A DNA stretch of 64,000 bases from Bugula neritina (GCA_964035545.1 OZ037765.1:7822698-7886697); one strand, 5' to 3'; counted from the stretch's first letter, positions 11,995 to 27,089 are shown. Numbers and translations are program-made. The notes: a model not told the origin generated them from the letters alone.

Positions 11995-13483
11995 GAAAAA
12001 TTATTTTCACAAGAAATAGAGACTTTCATATCAATACTGCTCATTTTTTAAATGTCAAATTTTGATGTTTTGAGTTTTTTAACTAAATCTTTTTCATATT
12101 TTCAATTTATGTGAAATTTTACAATGCTATTTGTGATGCGTTCTATATCATCACTGTAGTTTCTAAATTAGGTATACAACAACTGAAATTAATTAGTGAT
12201 CAACTTATAATTATACTATGTACGTTATCTTTTCTCGTGTGATGCTGTCAAATAAAAGTATAAATCTTTCCAATTTTAAAATGAACTCTGAGTTGCACAG
12301 AAATTCATTGGTTTATACTTTAGTATATACACTTATAGTAAAAGCAGCTAATCATAGATTATTTCAGAAGCAGGTAAAAAATTAAATATATTAGGATGTT
12401 TATAGAGTGCTTTGTATCAAGTATGTAAAATAGCAATGTACAATTTTAAGCTGACTATTCCAGAATTCTGATCAGCACTCAGTTAGGAAATTTTGCAAAG
12501 TATTCATTTTAATGTTCCTTGAAACTTAAGATATATGAAATAGGGTACACATATAAGAACAAGATGAAACAAAAATATCAAATCACTCAACTTTGCTAAT
12601 ATTATAAACATAACACTGTAATCCTTTTAGCAGTCATGCTGGTAGTTGATCAGCATGTTTGACTGCATTCAACATAGTAATATAAAAAACCTATGACGAT
12701 TGTCGCTAGTTTTTCGAAAATTTTAGCTTGTATAGAAATTAATTGTGGTTCATCAATGGGGTTGGTTAAAAACAAGTTTTGCACATTTTTTTCTGGTATG
12801 CACCTAGTTTATTCAGACAGCATCTAAGTTATTATTTTATTTTGTTATATAAGCAAGCTTATGTCTAGAAGCTATTACACAATTGCATGATGAAACAATA
12901 ATTTTGACAGGTTATTGTCATCCATACTAAAAGCATGGCCATCCAACTTAGTTCCACTTTTTAGTGGCATGCTATCGTACTGACAACAGAGACATGATCT
13001 GGCCATTGTAAGTAGAGAATAGTTTAGAACTATCTTTGTTTGAAGTGAAAATAAAATGTGATGTCTATCTTAACCTACAATTTATACGATATAGTCATAA
13101 GCAAAGGTAACCCATAGCACATGCAGCGATCTGTAGATTCTACGGTATATATATAACCAATGAACTAAAACTTCAAGTTCAATGTATGTAACTTGGCAAA
13201 ATCAATTAGTATAGCTATATGCCATTATAAATGGTTTACAAAAGTTGACCAACAAGAATTAAGGTCACACTTAGCATTTGCTTATACAGTTGAAAAACTA
13301 TTCGTATGTGCTAAATAGTTGTAATATTGTGACTTTTTGAACCAAATAATAGTTCTTGGGATCAAAATAGGAGTTGTTTTCACATACGAAAGTTGAGATC
13401 TGTTTGGCAAAGAAGTCATCAACAGGTGGAAAGCATTTATTAACTGCGGGATGTGATTTTATAATTTTCAGTCGAAGGTGATC

Positions 13484-13629
13484 TATAAGCAGCTTCAAAT
13501 TGGGGGTAACTGACTACAGCAGTTTGGGGTCTTGGAGTCGGGGAGAGGGTTCAAACTTCTAACCAATGCGTCAAACTCGAAAACTTCAAATAAGTGCACT
13601 TAGTCACCCCCAACTTGGAGCTACTTATA
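13484..13629. mobile_element. Palindromic MITE-like element, ~145 bp
   Basis: Left arm ataagcagcttcaaattgggggtaactga vs reverse complement of right arm ataagtagctccaagttgggggtgactaa (24/29 identical). Inner segments also partly complementary. TA-rich ends. Confidence 0.65.
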
Positions 13630-13789
13630 TTTATTCGTCTCCTGAAGGTTTCGATAACTTGAAGTCTCCAAACCTAATTTAATTATGGACTTGGTAGAAT
13701 ATTTTATAAATCTAAATAGTGATGGACATCATAAAATTAAGTTAAAATATAAGCGTGTAAAAAATAATAAATATTAAATTGCTTGAATC

Positions 13790-14195
13790 CTTATGCTATA
13801 CTCATACTTATTGTATTTGTAGTTCTTCCAGTCATACTGATACTCATACTAGTCATACTTGTACTCAGTCTCATAGTGATAGTCATTGTGATTGTCAACT
13901 TCCACATATAAATTTTTATTTGATCATTATAATTATTTTTATGATTATCAGTATCACTGATTTTAATTATATTCAATAATTATAATAATTTTATTAATTA
14001 ATAATATAATTAATATAATATATTATCAATTATTATTAAATTTAATGACTTATTATTAATAAAATTAATATACCAATCCTTATAACATATAAGTTATACT
14101 TATAGTGATGTTACAGCATTACTATTAGTATGGTTACACTTATACTTATAGTTATAGCACTACAAATACATTTAGTGATTTACTAATAGTTTATT
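13790..14195. repeat. Degenerate hexamer-periodic array upstream of MAPEG paralog B ATG
   Basis: actcatacttat, agtcatactgatactcatactagtcatact and agttatacttatagtgat units. Confidence 0.7.
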
Positions 14196-14772
14196 CAGAT
14201 AGCCAGTTAACTGACTTGCCAATAAATAAATTAAAATATTTGATTTGCACAAATACATAGCTTTTCATGTTATATTCATATGCAGGTTTATCTAGTTTAT
14301 ATCACTGCAATAAAATATGTTGATGTTCCGATGTTTTTAAGTGCTAGACATTTTTTGTGCTTCAAAATATCTAATTTCGAGGTTTAACTTGGTTTAAATA
14401 TTGTTCGGGAGCACACTCTTCAACTTAAAATCTATAGAACTGGTTGTGATACTGATAGCACATTTGTGGTTACTAAAATCCAAACAACTATCAGTTGTTA
14501 GTAACAATCATCTAATTACATTAACACAAGTTTGTATTAAAGTTTTAGAAAAGCAATTTGTTATTGTATCAGTATGTAAGTAAAAAGGTATTTTGTGTTG
14601 CTTTATTGAAATGTTTAGATTTTAACCAAATGTGAATTGTTTGAATATTTAGGTGTTTCCAGTTTTTACTAGCTAAAATTTTGAAGGCTTGCCACTGTTC
14701 AATTAAATATTTTATTGAATCTATGTTGTTTATAAAGTTGCTAATGAAAGCTGTGTTTGTCAAGTTTTAGCA

Positions 14773-17150
14773 ATGAGTGACGAGGAAGCTCCTGCAGGGG
14801 AACTCAACCCATGGATTCTATCATCATACTTCATCTACTCCGGCATACTCTTACTGAAGCTATTCCTCAACCTCTTTCTTATTGCTATAGCTAGGAGTCG
14901 AACTAAGGTACATAGCGGTGGTGTTTAAAGCGTCTTATTGCTAGATTTTGAGTTGTGGTTGGGTAAAGCTAGATTCCCAATTGGTAGTGGTAAGGGTTTT
15001 TTCTATAAGCCATTAAGTTCATGTTGACAATATTGCTTAAGTACTGATGTAGTTTGACTTAGCAGTATAGTTAATCTATCACTGCTCCTTGAGGCATATG
15101 GTGTGTGAATAATACAGTTGCTAAATTATATAATTTTTGGGTACTAATCACCATATAGCCTATATACTATATAGTATGCTGCTCAATTGTACTATTTATT
15201 TTGAAGTTGGCTATAGTAAAAACAGCTGTGATTCTGGTTGTATTTTTCTCAATATATGTCATAGTCTGGTATTTTTCTCCATTTTATAGATCGTGTCAAA
15301 TCCAGAAGACCTTAATTTGGTGCCTAAGGAGAAGCGAAAAGATTATAAAGTAGGAGTTTCCCACTCTTTTCTTACAAGAGTATTGAGGTGAGGTATCAAT
15401 TAATACCTGACAGTCATAATGCCTTGTTTATTAGTTACCAGTAATAATAAAAGTTTACTTATTGTTGGCAAACAGTAGTAAAATTGTGTACTTCGTTAGG
15501 TGCTAAAGTTTGAGATGTAACACTTGTGATACAGTTTAATCAATTAGTTATATTGAGTTATATTTTAAACACATTCTGAGCACACTAATTGTAGTATGAT
15601 TAAAATGTTAACTGCCTTTAAATTAAGGGGCAGATTACTTCAAATTAGACATTGATATGAATCTGGTGTGGCAACATTGAATATTGTAAATATGATTTTC
15701 TGTCAGCCTATTTTTATATATTAAGAATGTGTACTATTTCGATATTAATTATCATATTATTATTGAAAAAATTGTGATTTTTTTTTAAATAGGATGCAAA
15801 GAAATGATTTAGAGAACATCATTCCTTTCTTCATTTTGGGTTACATGTATGCAATGACCTGGTACTCTCCTTACTGGAGAGCTCGCTTGCACTACAGGAT
15901 CTTTGTGGGTGCTCGGCTTCTGCATAGCTTTTGCCACTTCTTTGCTATTCAGGTAAATATATACTATATTCAAATCATATTGGGCAGCAATTTATTTATA
16001 TTAAGTTTGCTCAGTCTGTCTTATTGTCAATTCAGAGTGGAGTGCACTTATAGTTGAGAATTAGCGGCTAAAGTTGCCGAAACTGTGATAGAATTACTTA
16101 CAACTTTACTCAGTGTTTTAATTAAATTAATTGCATAATTTGTGTAATTACCAATCTATGAAGTAATTGTGCCATTAATATATTTATTGTCTAAGAGAAA
16201 ACTGAATGATATTGTACATTTCTGCAAGGTTCATGCTGTTACTCTCTTTCAATTATTGTAAGGATCAGGTATATAGGGCATTTGGCTTGAAAAATTCTTT
16301 TGAATAAACCATTAAACTAGTTTATGCTGAAACAAAATACCGAGCACTCATACGTGGTGCATCAAACTAGTGATGTAGAGTTATCCCCCCAATAACCTTA
16401 GCATGTCCAGACACATCAGACGAAAGCAATGTTTTAGAAACATTGTTTTGGGTGTAGACAATTTCAAATTAAAGACCAGCTGCTCTATTCCTTAAACAAA
16501 TATGGAGTACTATATTTATAGCTCATAGAGCTAGGAAAATTATAGAAATGAAAGTTTGAAGCATTATATAACTTGATTTGGTTATATTAAGTTTTAGAAA
16601 GTTTTTTATGAATCCCTTGTACTTGGAATAATTGACTTAACACTGAATTGGCATAAGCCTGTGGCAGAATAACTTTCATATTAAGAGTAGGATATTTTCT
16701 TATAGGCCTATACGATGATTTATCTTATATATTTAAAGTGCTGTAGGTGACTTACATTACCTTACTCACTTAACCTAATGTAATCATCAAAAAGTCCAGA
16801 GAAGTTACTTCAGTTTTTATCCGGAAATTATATGTGAAACTTGAATAACAAGATTGCCAGCAATTTTCATGTTGTATATCCTTCATATTTGTGTATTTTT
16901 GCTTTGTACATTTACTATTTTTGTATTTCTTTATTTGAGAGAGAGAGGCAAGTGTCTGTCAGTGTTGACAATGCATAGCATCTTCAGTGCTGGTGTCTTG
17001 CACGTCTAGCCATATAAGTCTTTATTTATCTACTTGTTATTTGTATATTTCTAGCCACTGCGGACTCTCTTCTACATTATTGCCATGGGTGCCAACGTAT
17101 CACTTGCAATTCATATCTTGTACAAGGTTGGCCGTTTGAACTATATATGA
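14773..17150 (+). CDS. MAPEG family protein, MGST1/PTGES-like, paralog B
   Basis: Exons 14773-14907, 15290-15387, 15793-15952 and 17055-17150, with the same intron positions and phases as paralog A. Motifs NPED, RVLRMQRNDLENIIPF, HYRIFVGARLLHS and QPLRT. Confidence 0.9.
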
Positions 17151-20100
17151 GCTGCCTTTGCACTGGGTTCATCTGTGGTTGCTTTTAATAGCACATCTAT
17201 TGGCACAACTGTTAACATTTTTTGATCTTACTTCTATATAAATGCATAATCATTCCGGTTGCTGATGGCCAAAATATTTGTACTTTAAGGTAAATGGTAA
17301 CCTAGTTTTTAACATTTTTCTGCTCTTATACATAATGGAAGTGTGTTTCATATTTCAAGTTGTAGTTATAGAATTTGTACTCTTCCTTATACCTTTAATA
17401 AAATATGTATGTGTGCATTATCACTGTCTATTTACTCTTTTCTGTTCATTTAAAACTAGGAAATGTACAACTTAATGCTGTTCTTGTTTGAGCTATTCAA
17501 AAGTGAGACTAAGATTTGAAATTATGCCAGCAAATACTGTTAGCTTTAAATTATAATATAACACATGTATTGAAAGAAAAAACTAAAATAATATAGAGAT
17601 TATAGTAGCTATAACAATAATACTTGCAGTTGATACTACTCTGGAATCCTCATGTGTTGCCACAGGATGTAAAGTTCTAATCTTCAGTTCTGTTATTTTG
17701 TTTATTAAGCTATGAGGTCAATGTTGACAGGATTCCAGTTGTTTTCAAAAACACTCACTGGGAGAAATAATCAGCAGTGGTATAAATAAGAAGCAACATG
17801 TTGCAAGAACTAACATTAGCCACAATCATCACAAAGGAATCCCTATTCCTGCATAAAGCATCCTCAAATTGTTATCAATGATGAATCAACAGCGTGATGT
17901 GGCAATTATAAGGAAAGTAAACATAATAATATTTACTTTTTACTAGCATGTGATACACACAACATCCATAGAGGACTCATACTTAGAGTACAAAGCTCTG
18001 AAAACATGCTGTATAGCGTTTTTTTTTCATGTAGCAGATATTCCTAATGTTGAAACCATTCAAGTATAAAAGGTAATCATTTATAGCACAACCAGAACAC
18101 CATAATATCATATTCTGTCTCACAACAGTGAGTGTTGTGTGTTATGTGCATGTGCTGTATGTGTTGTGCCTTAGAGTGGGAAAATTTTTGAATATGAGTA
18201 TAGAAGCATGTTGCTGATATCAATTTCGGGAAGTTTACAATAACTTCAATCTTTTTAACTGAAGTTTGCTGTAGGAAGCCAGTACCTGTTTGCACCTGTT
18301 TCTGAATGACAAAAGTAAATCCCTCTTGGCATAAAAACATTTCTATAGGGTAAGTAATATACGTGAACCTAAAGTTTAATGAATAAAGCAGAAATGAAAA
18401 ACCAGTGCTTTCTAGTTCTGCTGTCTGTTTTGCTAGTCAATCACATTATCACATTTCTCCGGGTCATTAGAGCCACCTCACACATCACAAACATAAAATG
18501 CATGTAAAACTAATTTTTCATAGAAGTTAATTTGAAATACCTGTTAGAGCATGTGCCATGCATGTACATACATGCTGAAAGTTTAATTAAATAGCACTAG
18601 GCCTACTTATTAAAAACCGCAGTAGAACAAAACTATAAACAATAGTATAGCTTGCCTGTCTTCAAAATTAACAATTGTAACTGATACATGCAGTATTGTA
18701 GTATTTGGAAACTGGTTATGTTAGACAAGATGTAGGCAAAGGGTTGACTAGATTACTTTAGATGTGGGGTGTATCTGTAGGACTAGACCTGTCACATAAC
18801 AGTTATCCAGTGATTTATTAATATAGCTATTACCACATGTTCTGAGCTTGAGGAAATTAATAGCCTTTGATTTTGTCCTTAAAGCATGTATAAGATGCTG
18901 GCAAAAAGTATTAGTGGGATTGAATCAGTCAAACCAAAGGGTTTGCTGATTTATGCTTATTTTATTACTCATTTATAGCCCTACTGTGAGCCCAACTCAA
19001 TTTTTAGGGTAGGCACTTAGGGAGCCCCACATATTAAAAACACTGAATAGTAGCCTACAGGCCATATGGTCTAAACTCTAAAGCCTTTTGCAGAGAGCTT
19101 ATTGTGATACCTTGACTATTATTTTTTTTATAATATTGCAGTACTTTGTTATAATAATGTAAGTTAAATTTGTGGTACATCTAGCTTAGTGACCTGGTGA
19201 CCCCCATAAAATTTGGGCACAAAATTTTTTCTACTGGTTGCATCATTTCCTTTAGGCATTACAACAAAACTCTTGAGTGAACTAGAGAATGCATATCTTT
19301 TTAGGAGGTTATATAACATCTATATAGAGAATATCTTTTTATTATCAAATGTTACATCCCAAACCATGTGTTGGTCTCTAAATTCACTGATTTTAACCTG
19401 AATTCTGCATAAAAATAAGAGAAGAATTTCTGATATTTATTATAGTATTTAATTTCTTATTATTATTTTTCCCAGCACAACTTATATAACTCCATTGTGA
19501 ATATCACGCCAGTATTATATTATAGTTCAATATACACACACTGTGTTATTGCACAGCATCTGCTCTGTAAAAAATAGCATTTGACTATATCGTAATAACC
19601 AGTTACATATTGTTAGTAGAATCTTGTCTACAGAGCTTTGTTACACAAGAAAAGTAGTACTCGCTGCAGTATAAGATATTATTGGAGCAGAAGCTATATA
19701 TTAAGCGATTTAGTATCAGTTGTAGAAAGTGCACAATTAATTATAGGGAATTGGAAGTAAATTCAATGTGTCAATTTCTTGTGGAAGTTTGAATATATTA
19801 TTGTTACCAAGTTACTTGCCACTTCATGTCTAGTATTGAAATTAAGTATAATTGCTTCCTTGATGAAGAATAGCTTTAACTTGTGTTTGCATTCATTTCA
19901 AGGGTTGCCTAATTTATAATGTATATGAAGTTGGCAATTTATAAGATGTAAAAGTGATCAACTAATCCTGCATGGGCGGTGCTGTGGATGTGGTACATTA
20001 ATGTATGTAGATTATATGCATAGCATAGCATCTAGAATCTAGATAGAATAACCTACTCCAATAAATCTATAGAGTTCTGCTCTTTATAAAAAGACACCCT

Positions 20101-22480
20101 TGATGATTTGTAATGGCTGAAAAACAAAACAATAATACTTATATAAAAATGCTTGTAAACCAAAGTTAATAAATTTGAAATGAGTTTATATAAATAACTA
20201 ACTTGTTGTGAAGCCTCAATCGGTTCCAGTACATTTGATGAACAATACCACTTTGTTTAACTTATTTTAATTAACCTAACAAATTATAGCCATTTCATCA
20301 AATAGAAATGAAATCATCTAAAAGATGTGAATTTACAAGTAATAAAACAAAGAGGGCAATATTATAATGGCAACTGTTGTTGTCCGTTGTTTATTGAACC
20401 TGGGGAAATCAAGATTTTTCTTAAAATTTTACCTCATGTTAACTTCTAAAACTTGCCTCTATTGACCCAAGTGTTATTGTTTTAATACCATCACCACAAG
20501 CATAGGTACTTACTTCAGTTATGCGAGTGTGTGCATTATACTTGTACTGTTTTAGTAATAAGTAAATCAGGACATGAAGGCTGTTGTGTTATTTTACCTC
20601 TATTGCAAGAGTCATGTCAGGTCAGCACCGGGACATTATGTGTTTTACTATGTTTATGTACACTTAGCAAGTTCACAAAATAAATCAGTCTAGATCTGTG
20701 TGACAACCTACTAATACATTCCTTAGCTGCTTCTATCATATAATACAAAAAATATCAAAATTCTCACCTAAATCACTCCACCATTTGAAGGTCTTAAAGA
20801 ATCTCAACATAGAACCTTTCGAATTGATTTCTCTAAAACTCACCTTCATTGTAGTCTCTCCCACCAATAAATTTTCTCTGATCATGCATCTTATACTCTA
20901 CTGTGCCTTGATCACTTCCACATATTTTATGAGAGCTGGTCTCATCAAACATTGAACCGTCTTTCATCCTTTGTAATGTTTTGTCTTGATTGTAACCATT
21001 TAGGTTTTGCATCTGCAGTCAAATGTCTTGAAGTGAAGTCTCCTTAAGATGAACCATTTGCTGACTTATCATAGTTGGTTGGCAAATGATGCAGTGTTAT
21101 TAATGCCATGGACTAGAACAGCTAGATGGATCAAACGAATTTCCAACATGGAAAATTATGTTAGCCACAACTGTTGCTGACTTTTAAGCTATTTCAGTGA
21201 TTAGGCTGTGATTTGCAGCAGCTAAAAATAGCATGCCATAACAGTTAGCTTTAATTAGTAGCCTATAAGTTTAATAGTAGAGGTAGCCTGACCCAGAAGC
21301 TTTCACTGCAAGCAATGAGAAATCCCAAATCAGTTCAGCACACAAAGTTTATTATAAAACAGAATTGCTTAAGAATACATCCTTAAAAATGCATGTAGAT
21401 GAAAGCTGATGCATATAAGAATATTTCAATATTGCAAAAGCAAAGTGTATCAGGGATTCTTGAACTAATAGCATATGGTTTGGAAACTCAACAGCTCCAA
21501 ATAGGCAACTATGAATCAATGTTTCCTATATATGAAATATCAAACAGCAACTTAAACATTTCATTTTAATTTACCCCTTTTTACTTGAAAAGTCAAAGTC
21601 TGTTCTTGAAGCATTGTCTTCATGTGTATGTACTTGAGGCCACAAGGACTGTAGTGCTTTCAGCTACAGGCAGATGGGTAGCTGGTGTCAGCCAGCCTAA
21701 TTAATTAATTTAACCCTTGGTCACATGCCATGAATAAGAATTATGAAAGAATGCCTGCAGCCAGAAAATTGGCTGCTGCTGACGTCTTTCAGGAAGTGTG
21801 GCAACAATATTGACAACTTCTAACTCAACTGATGACTATGAATCGGACTGTCCCAAAATCAGAACAAGTCAAAGTCCTCACTTCTTGTAAAGATACCAAC
21901 ACATGAGCATTAAAGCACATGGTTCAACTCATCTGCCAGCATATTCTTGAGTAGGGAACTTGAACCAGCAAGTTGTCCAGTCATCATCACATTGCCTGTA
22001 GTTCACAGTGAATAATTATAGTAGGTATAATTCCTCCTGCTGGAACTGATGAAATTTGACTAGAAAATGGTACTTGGCATAGACATGACATACACAGAAC
22101 AAAGAAAACACAGAACTAAAAAAATTTTCAGCAGCACACTATCGTTATACTCTTTCACTGTATGTGAAAGACTAATGCCAATAACTACCCACTTAAGCAA
22201 ATGCAATCCAGGGCAGTGCTTTACACCTAACTCTGCTAGGGTCATTTTGATTTTGATAAGTGTATGACTAACATGACCTAGTCCACTACTTCTATTCACA
22301 GCATGATTTTTAAAGCATATTACCTGGTAAAAACCCACAAACTCATTATAACCTACCAAATATCAGCCTACCCTATGTTTCAGTGGAATCATCATACATC
22401 TTAATTATCTAGCACAAATTACTGCATATTCAAACCCTTTACTGTAGCAAGCCCCAGTAGGAAATCTGAATGCGCCCCTA

Positions 22481-22705
22481 AGTTCCAACTGCCTTACTTG
22501 TTTAATTGTGATGACAGAATGATTAAATTAGCTATAGCCACAAGTATATCACTGTCAGCAGAAAATAAACAAGGATGTGTTTATTTTTACTATATGAATT
22601 GAAAGATAATGCAGGCATAAATAGGTTACAGGAGGTTAATGATATGGTCAAATTTATTGTAATATGAAATATTTGTATTTTACTAAAATTAATGTTACAG
22701 CTAAT
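22481..22705 (+). repeat. Dispersed ~225-bp repeat, copy 1
   Basis: tccaactgccttacttgt...agctatagccacaagta...ggatgtgtttatttttactatatgaat...gttacaggagg...aattaatgtta-agctaat, shared with 29375-29603. Confidence 0.85.
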
Positions 22706-23820
22706 CCGTTACACTGGCGTCCACTAACGCTAATGATTGATAACTTTCATTACGTGCCATTTTTGGCTGCTGCAACACAGTTTAATTAGTAAATCACGCA
22801 GTATACAAGTTCAAACTGTAAACTTTTAGGCCAGCTCAGTTATAAAACCGTGTTAAACATTAGTTAATTAGTCATTGTTGCATAACACTGATAATTTATA
22901 GTACTTGTCTACTGACATCATACATGTATATACATAACATATACTGAAGTTGTCATGAATTTGGTGTTTTGGAATGCTTCATAATTGTTTATAGATTTTC
23001 TATTTTGTTTTTATCTCAATTTTAGATTTGTGCGAATTAGCAAATGTGTATTTTTGCAGATTATCAATTGACTAAAAACTTTTTAAGATAGTTGGTACCC
23101 CTTGCAGTACTGACTTACTTGAAGGTTTTGTGATGCTTAGCTCTTTTATTTTAATATTTATTCACCTGAATTATAAAGACAATCCATAACATCTGTGTTC
23201 CATCAATGCATTATGTAAGGCAATATACTTTTAGTAGACAATTTTGTTTTCCCATATGATAGAATTTGTTTTTGCAGTGTAAAAAAATGATGTAGGTTAA
23301 AAGGAAAATATTTCCAACTGTCTAATAGTTTAAAATATTGCAAACTGGCAGAAGATGATTAAATCAAAAATAGCTGTACTGATAATGCAGTTACAAAATA
23401 TGTCCATGAAATTTTTAGCTTTAATAAATTTTTTTCATGAATAATAAATAACAGTAAATAGATTATTAGTTATAAAATTTTTTGCCATTATGCAAATGCT
23501 TGACAAAGTGTGTTGTAGTATTTATTTATTTGGAGGCATTAACTTGAGCTCCAAAAACAATTGCTTTTATAAGCTACACGCCTTGCTCTAACGACTTGTA
23601 CTATAAATTAATGGCTGCAGGTGTTGAAAGAATAGCCTTGAAACTTTAAAAATTGAATTTTATTTAGATAGACTATGCTTTATTAACTAAAACAAAACAG
23701 GCCAAAAAACCTATAGGCCAAAAATGTCTAAAACAGCAACAATACTCTTCTAGATATATGCATAATATTGAAAAGCATTTTATGCAATATATACTAAAAA
23801 CATAGATTCAATTTTTTCAA

Positions 23821-25870
23821 CTAAATATTATGATGTGCATGAATATGAGATTGCAACGCTGCATTGCTAACAGTCACATATGGGCAATGATAGCACTTTT
23901 TTCGAGTATGAAATGATGACACATGCTTAATCAGTTCACTTTTAAACAATGAAAAATAGTCACACTCTTTGCAATAATGTAGTCTAATTGAGTGATGTGA
24001 ACTTATATGATTTCGTAAATCATTAGCATCAGTGGTTTGGAAAGTGCAACTGGAGCAAGAAATCAGCATTGGATCTGGCTGCTTGATTTTATAGAGACTT
24101 TGCAATCTTAAGCTCTTTAGTTTTTGCAATCGTTTCAGTATCACTTCTTTATGTCTGTCTATAAAGTGAGCTTTCATGGTTTCCATGTCTTTGGCCATAA
24201 CCTCACTACACCAACTGCACCTGGCTACATTACCACTGTAAAAGAAAAATCTTTTGCGGAATCCTAAGTGATTACTCATAAATCCCTTGTTTATATCCAG
24301 TTTTCCAGATTGTAGATTATCAGGTGCGGCTGTCACTTGTTTCGAAGTATTGAAATATGTTTGCTTCGGAATATTGTACTTGTCAGCATGTGAAATTTCA
24401 TTTGTACTTAAGGCTGTATGCTTGCTAAAAGTGTTGCCAAGAGTTGACGAGACTGTTTCATGGATGCCATATGCCATAGATGTATTAGGAGATGGAGTAT
24501 GGAAGTTTGACTCAGATAGTCCAGTAACACCAGCCTGATCTGGTGCGAGATAATTTGTATCTACTTGTTGTTTATCATACGATGCTACACTGGAGAAGCA
24601 CTTCTCACTATCAACTCTTTTTGTGCTAACTGAATCAACAGAGTTACTGTCAGAAGGAGCATTTGGCAGTAGTCCCGATAAGCTGATGATAGAATTTGAG
24701 GCACTTTGTTGTACATTTGAAAAAGGGGGTCCACCAAATTTATAGAGGGTATCACAGTGAGATCTAATACTTATTGGCACCCAAGTCGTTTTGGCCACGT
24801 GATCATTTCCATTAGCCATACCTTGCTTTGTATTCATTGCAGACTGTGCTATATTATTGTTGGAAGTATAATCAAAGAATGTTGGGTGGTCTGTTAGTCT
24901 ACCAAAAGTATTACTTTGAGAAGTAATCACTTGTCCCATACTCAACTTTGGATGGTCATAGTTGGCTGAAGTAACCGTAGGAGCGCATACTTCATTCAAA
25001 TCATTGGTATGTTCACATGTCTTTTCAAAAGCAATACAAGCCCGGCTACTATCATTAGATTCTCTCTCCAACACAGACTGTTCATTTTTCGACAAAGGAG
25101 TTTCAAAAGTAACTCCCAGACTCAATTCATTACGAGCCTCTGTAGATCCAGATGTAAATTTTGCATCAGCAACTAGTGGGTTAGAAACAAATTCTTCTGG
25201 TTGACTTTGGTTAGAACCAGGCAATGGATCATCATTCCAATCAGCTGGTAGCTGCATGGTACACATGGAAACTGTAGTTGGCACAGTTTCTGTAACGACT
25301 TTCACATCTTCAGGTACTCCTTTGTGTTTGGAAAAAAATTCAGCATCATGAACTTCTTGTGCATGCTCTCTTTTTATTAACTTTTTATCCAACTTCGCGT
25401 TGGAAGGTGAGCACTGCTTCTCCGGAAGCATCTTTTCCTCAATATTCTGACAGTTCTTATACAAATGTTTACGTATAATATGTTTATATAGACGATACCC
25501 TCGTTTATCAGAATAGCATTTCTTGCAGAATGGACAAATATGGCCGTGGATAGAAATGATATGTCGAGATAGTTCTTTCTTGGAATGGGCATGTGTAAAA
25601 CTACATAATGGACATCGAATGGTGCTCTAAAAATAACGTTTTCAATATGTATGGTACCAATTTAAATACAGCAATTTATAATATATTATTACATCTGGAC
25701 ACTAACAAAAAATGTAATTTTATTAATTTCAAGGCAATATTTCATCACCCTACAAAAAGTTATAAAACTGAACTTACATTGGAATTAGTATAAGATGACA
25801 CTGTTTTAAGTTTTTTCAAAACATCTGTGAGGACTACAACAGATTTTTGTTTGAAGAGCTGTTCCTCCAT
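23821..25870 (-). CDS. C2H2 zinc-finger protein (two N-terminal and about four C-terminal fingers, disordered middle)
   Basis: Exon 25870-25778 (MEEQLFKQK...) splices in phase 0 to 25626-23821. Fingers CPLC...HIISIH, CPFC...HIIRKH, CSWC...HFIDRH, CSSC...HISSHH, CKEC...HVSSFH and CYHCPY...HIHAHH. Confidence 0.8.
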
Positions 25871-27089
25871 GTGGAATATTTGACTATAATATAACATTTT
25901 AATATACTATATATACATATAGACATTTAGCATTATGAAATATAAAAAGTTGAAAAACATAGTTGCACATATTACAAAACAAAATCAATTTCCCAAGTAA
26001 AACAATATTCTCTTCTTAGCACTTTTTAACTTTATAAACCTTATATTTTAAGCATATAAGTATATTCATGGTTACTGGAACCAACAATTCACCTATTCAA
26101 TTAACTTGATTTGACATTTTTGAATAACTTACTAAAAGTTTCTGAAAGTAGAGCATGTCAAAATCAGAAATTAAAGTCATAACTATGAACAAGGCAAACT
26201 TCTCAATATATTTTTGAGAGCAATAATTTGCTCCTATGAAAATTTTTGCTTGGTCAACAGTTATGGATGGCACCGTAAGCTTATGAAAAATTTGAAGAAT
26301 CATTGATATCAAGAAGTATATCTTCCCGAACAAACACTGGTGAGCTCAGAACGACATGAAAAAAACCAAAAAAAAATCATGTCAACAAATGCAGCCAAAA
26401 TATTTTTAACAAGCCTACTCTGTTGGATGATGAAACATATTGTCTTCCACCACTAACAATTGACTTCACATTGTTTTAGAACAGGCAACATGAATTCAAG
26501 AAGAGGCTTATCCTGTGAGACACAATGTTCAGCTGAGATCGATCAATGGAACACTGGTGCTTGTTCAACACGCTACAATATTTCAAAGGCAGTAAGGAAC
26601 TCGTAGACACTACAACCATTAATAACTAAAAAGCATTTGGTAAAGTGTCTTAAAGAAAATAGAAGTATTCCTGATATTGACCCATATATCTTCAAACTAA
26701 ATTCAGAACTTCCAAATTGAAGCTAATGGGCTGTAGTGAAGGATGCTGGGTTTATTGATCTTCCCACTCAATTTTATTCGGAGTTCCTCTTAGTTGCTTT
26801 GAGGTGTGCTCTTTCTCATAATTACATCACCATCCAAATCATGATACACGTTTGTGATACTAGTTTCCCCAATTATAAAAAACTGCATTTTCTTGGTAAC
26901 AACGGCGCTAATGAGTTTCCTTTCCAGACAAATTTTGACCTTCTTTACAAATGGTTTATGATAAAACAAGATACCCTGCAAAGCCTCTAAATGTGAAATA
27001 ATAACTTTCAGGAATAAAAACAACTTGCTCAGGTTAAATAGCAGTAATGGTGCTCCTCTGACTTCATTAAATATCTGGACAGAAGGTTA

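Noticed and set aside
20720-20835. Possible LINE 3' remnant (LKNLNIEPFEL)
   Set aside because: Only a weak similarity over a few residues; not supportable without a profile search.
21710-22640. Possible piggyBac remnant (TTAACCCTT...AGGTTAA; CPGLH...HT on the minus strand)
   Set aside because: Termini match only a few bases, the protein-like hints lie on opposite strands, and no DDD domain is visible.
26340-27023. Coding-looking stretch upstream of the zinc-finger gene
   Set aside because: No continuous frame or recognisable motif; probably UTR, intron or decayed repeat.
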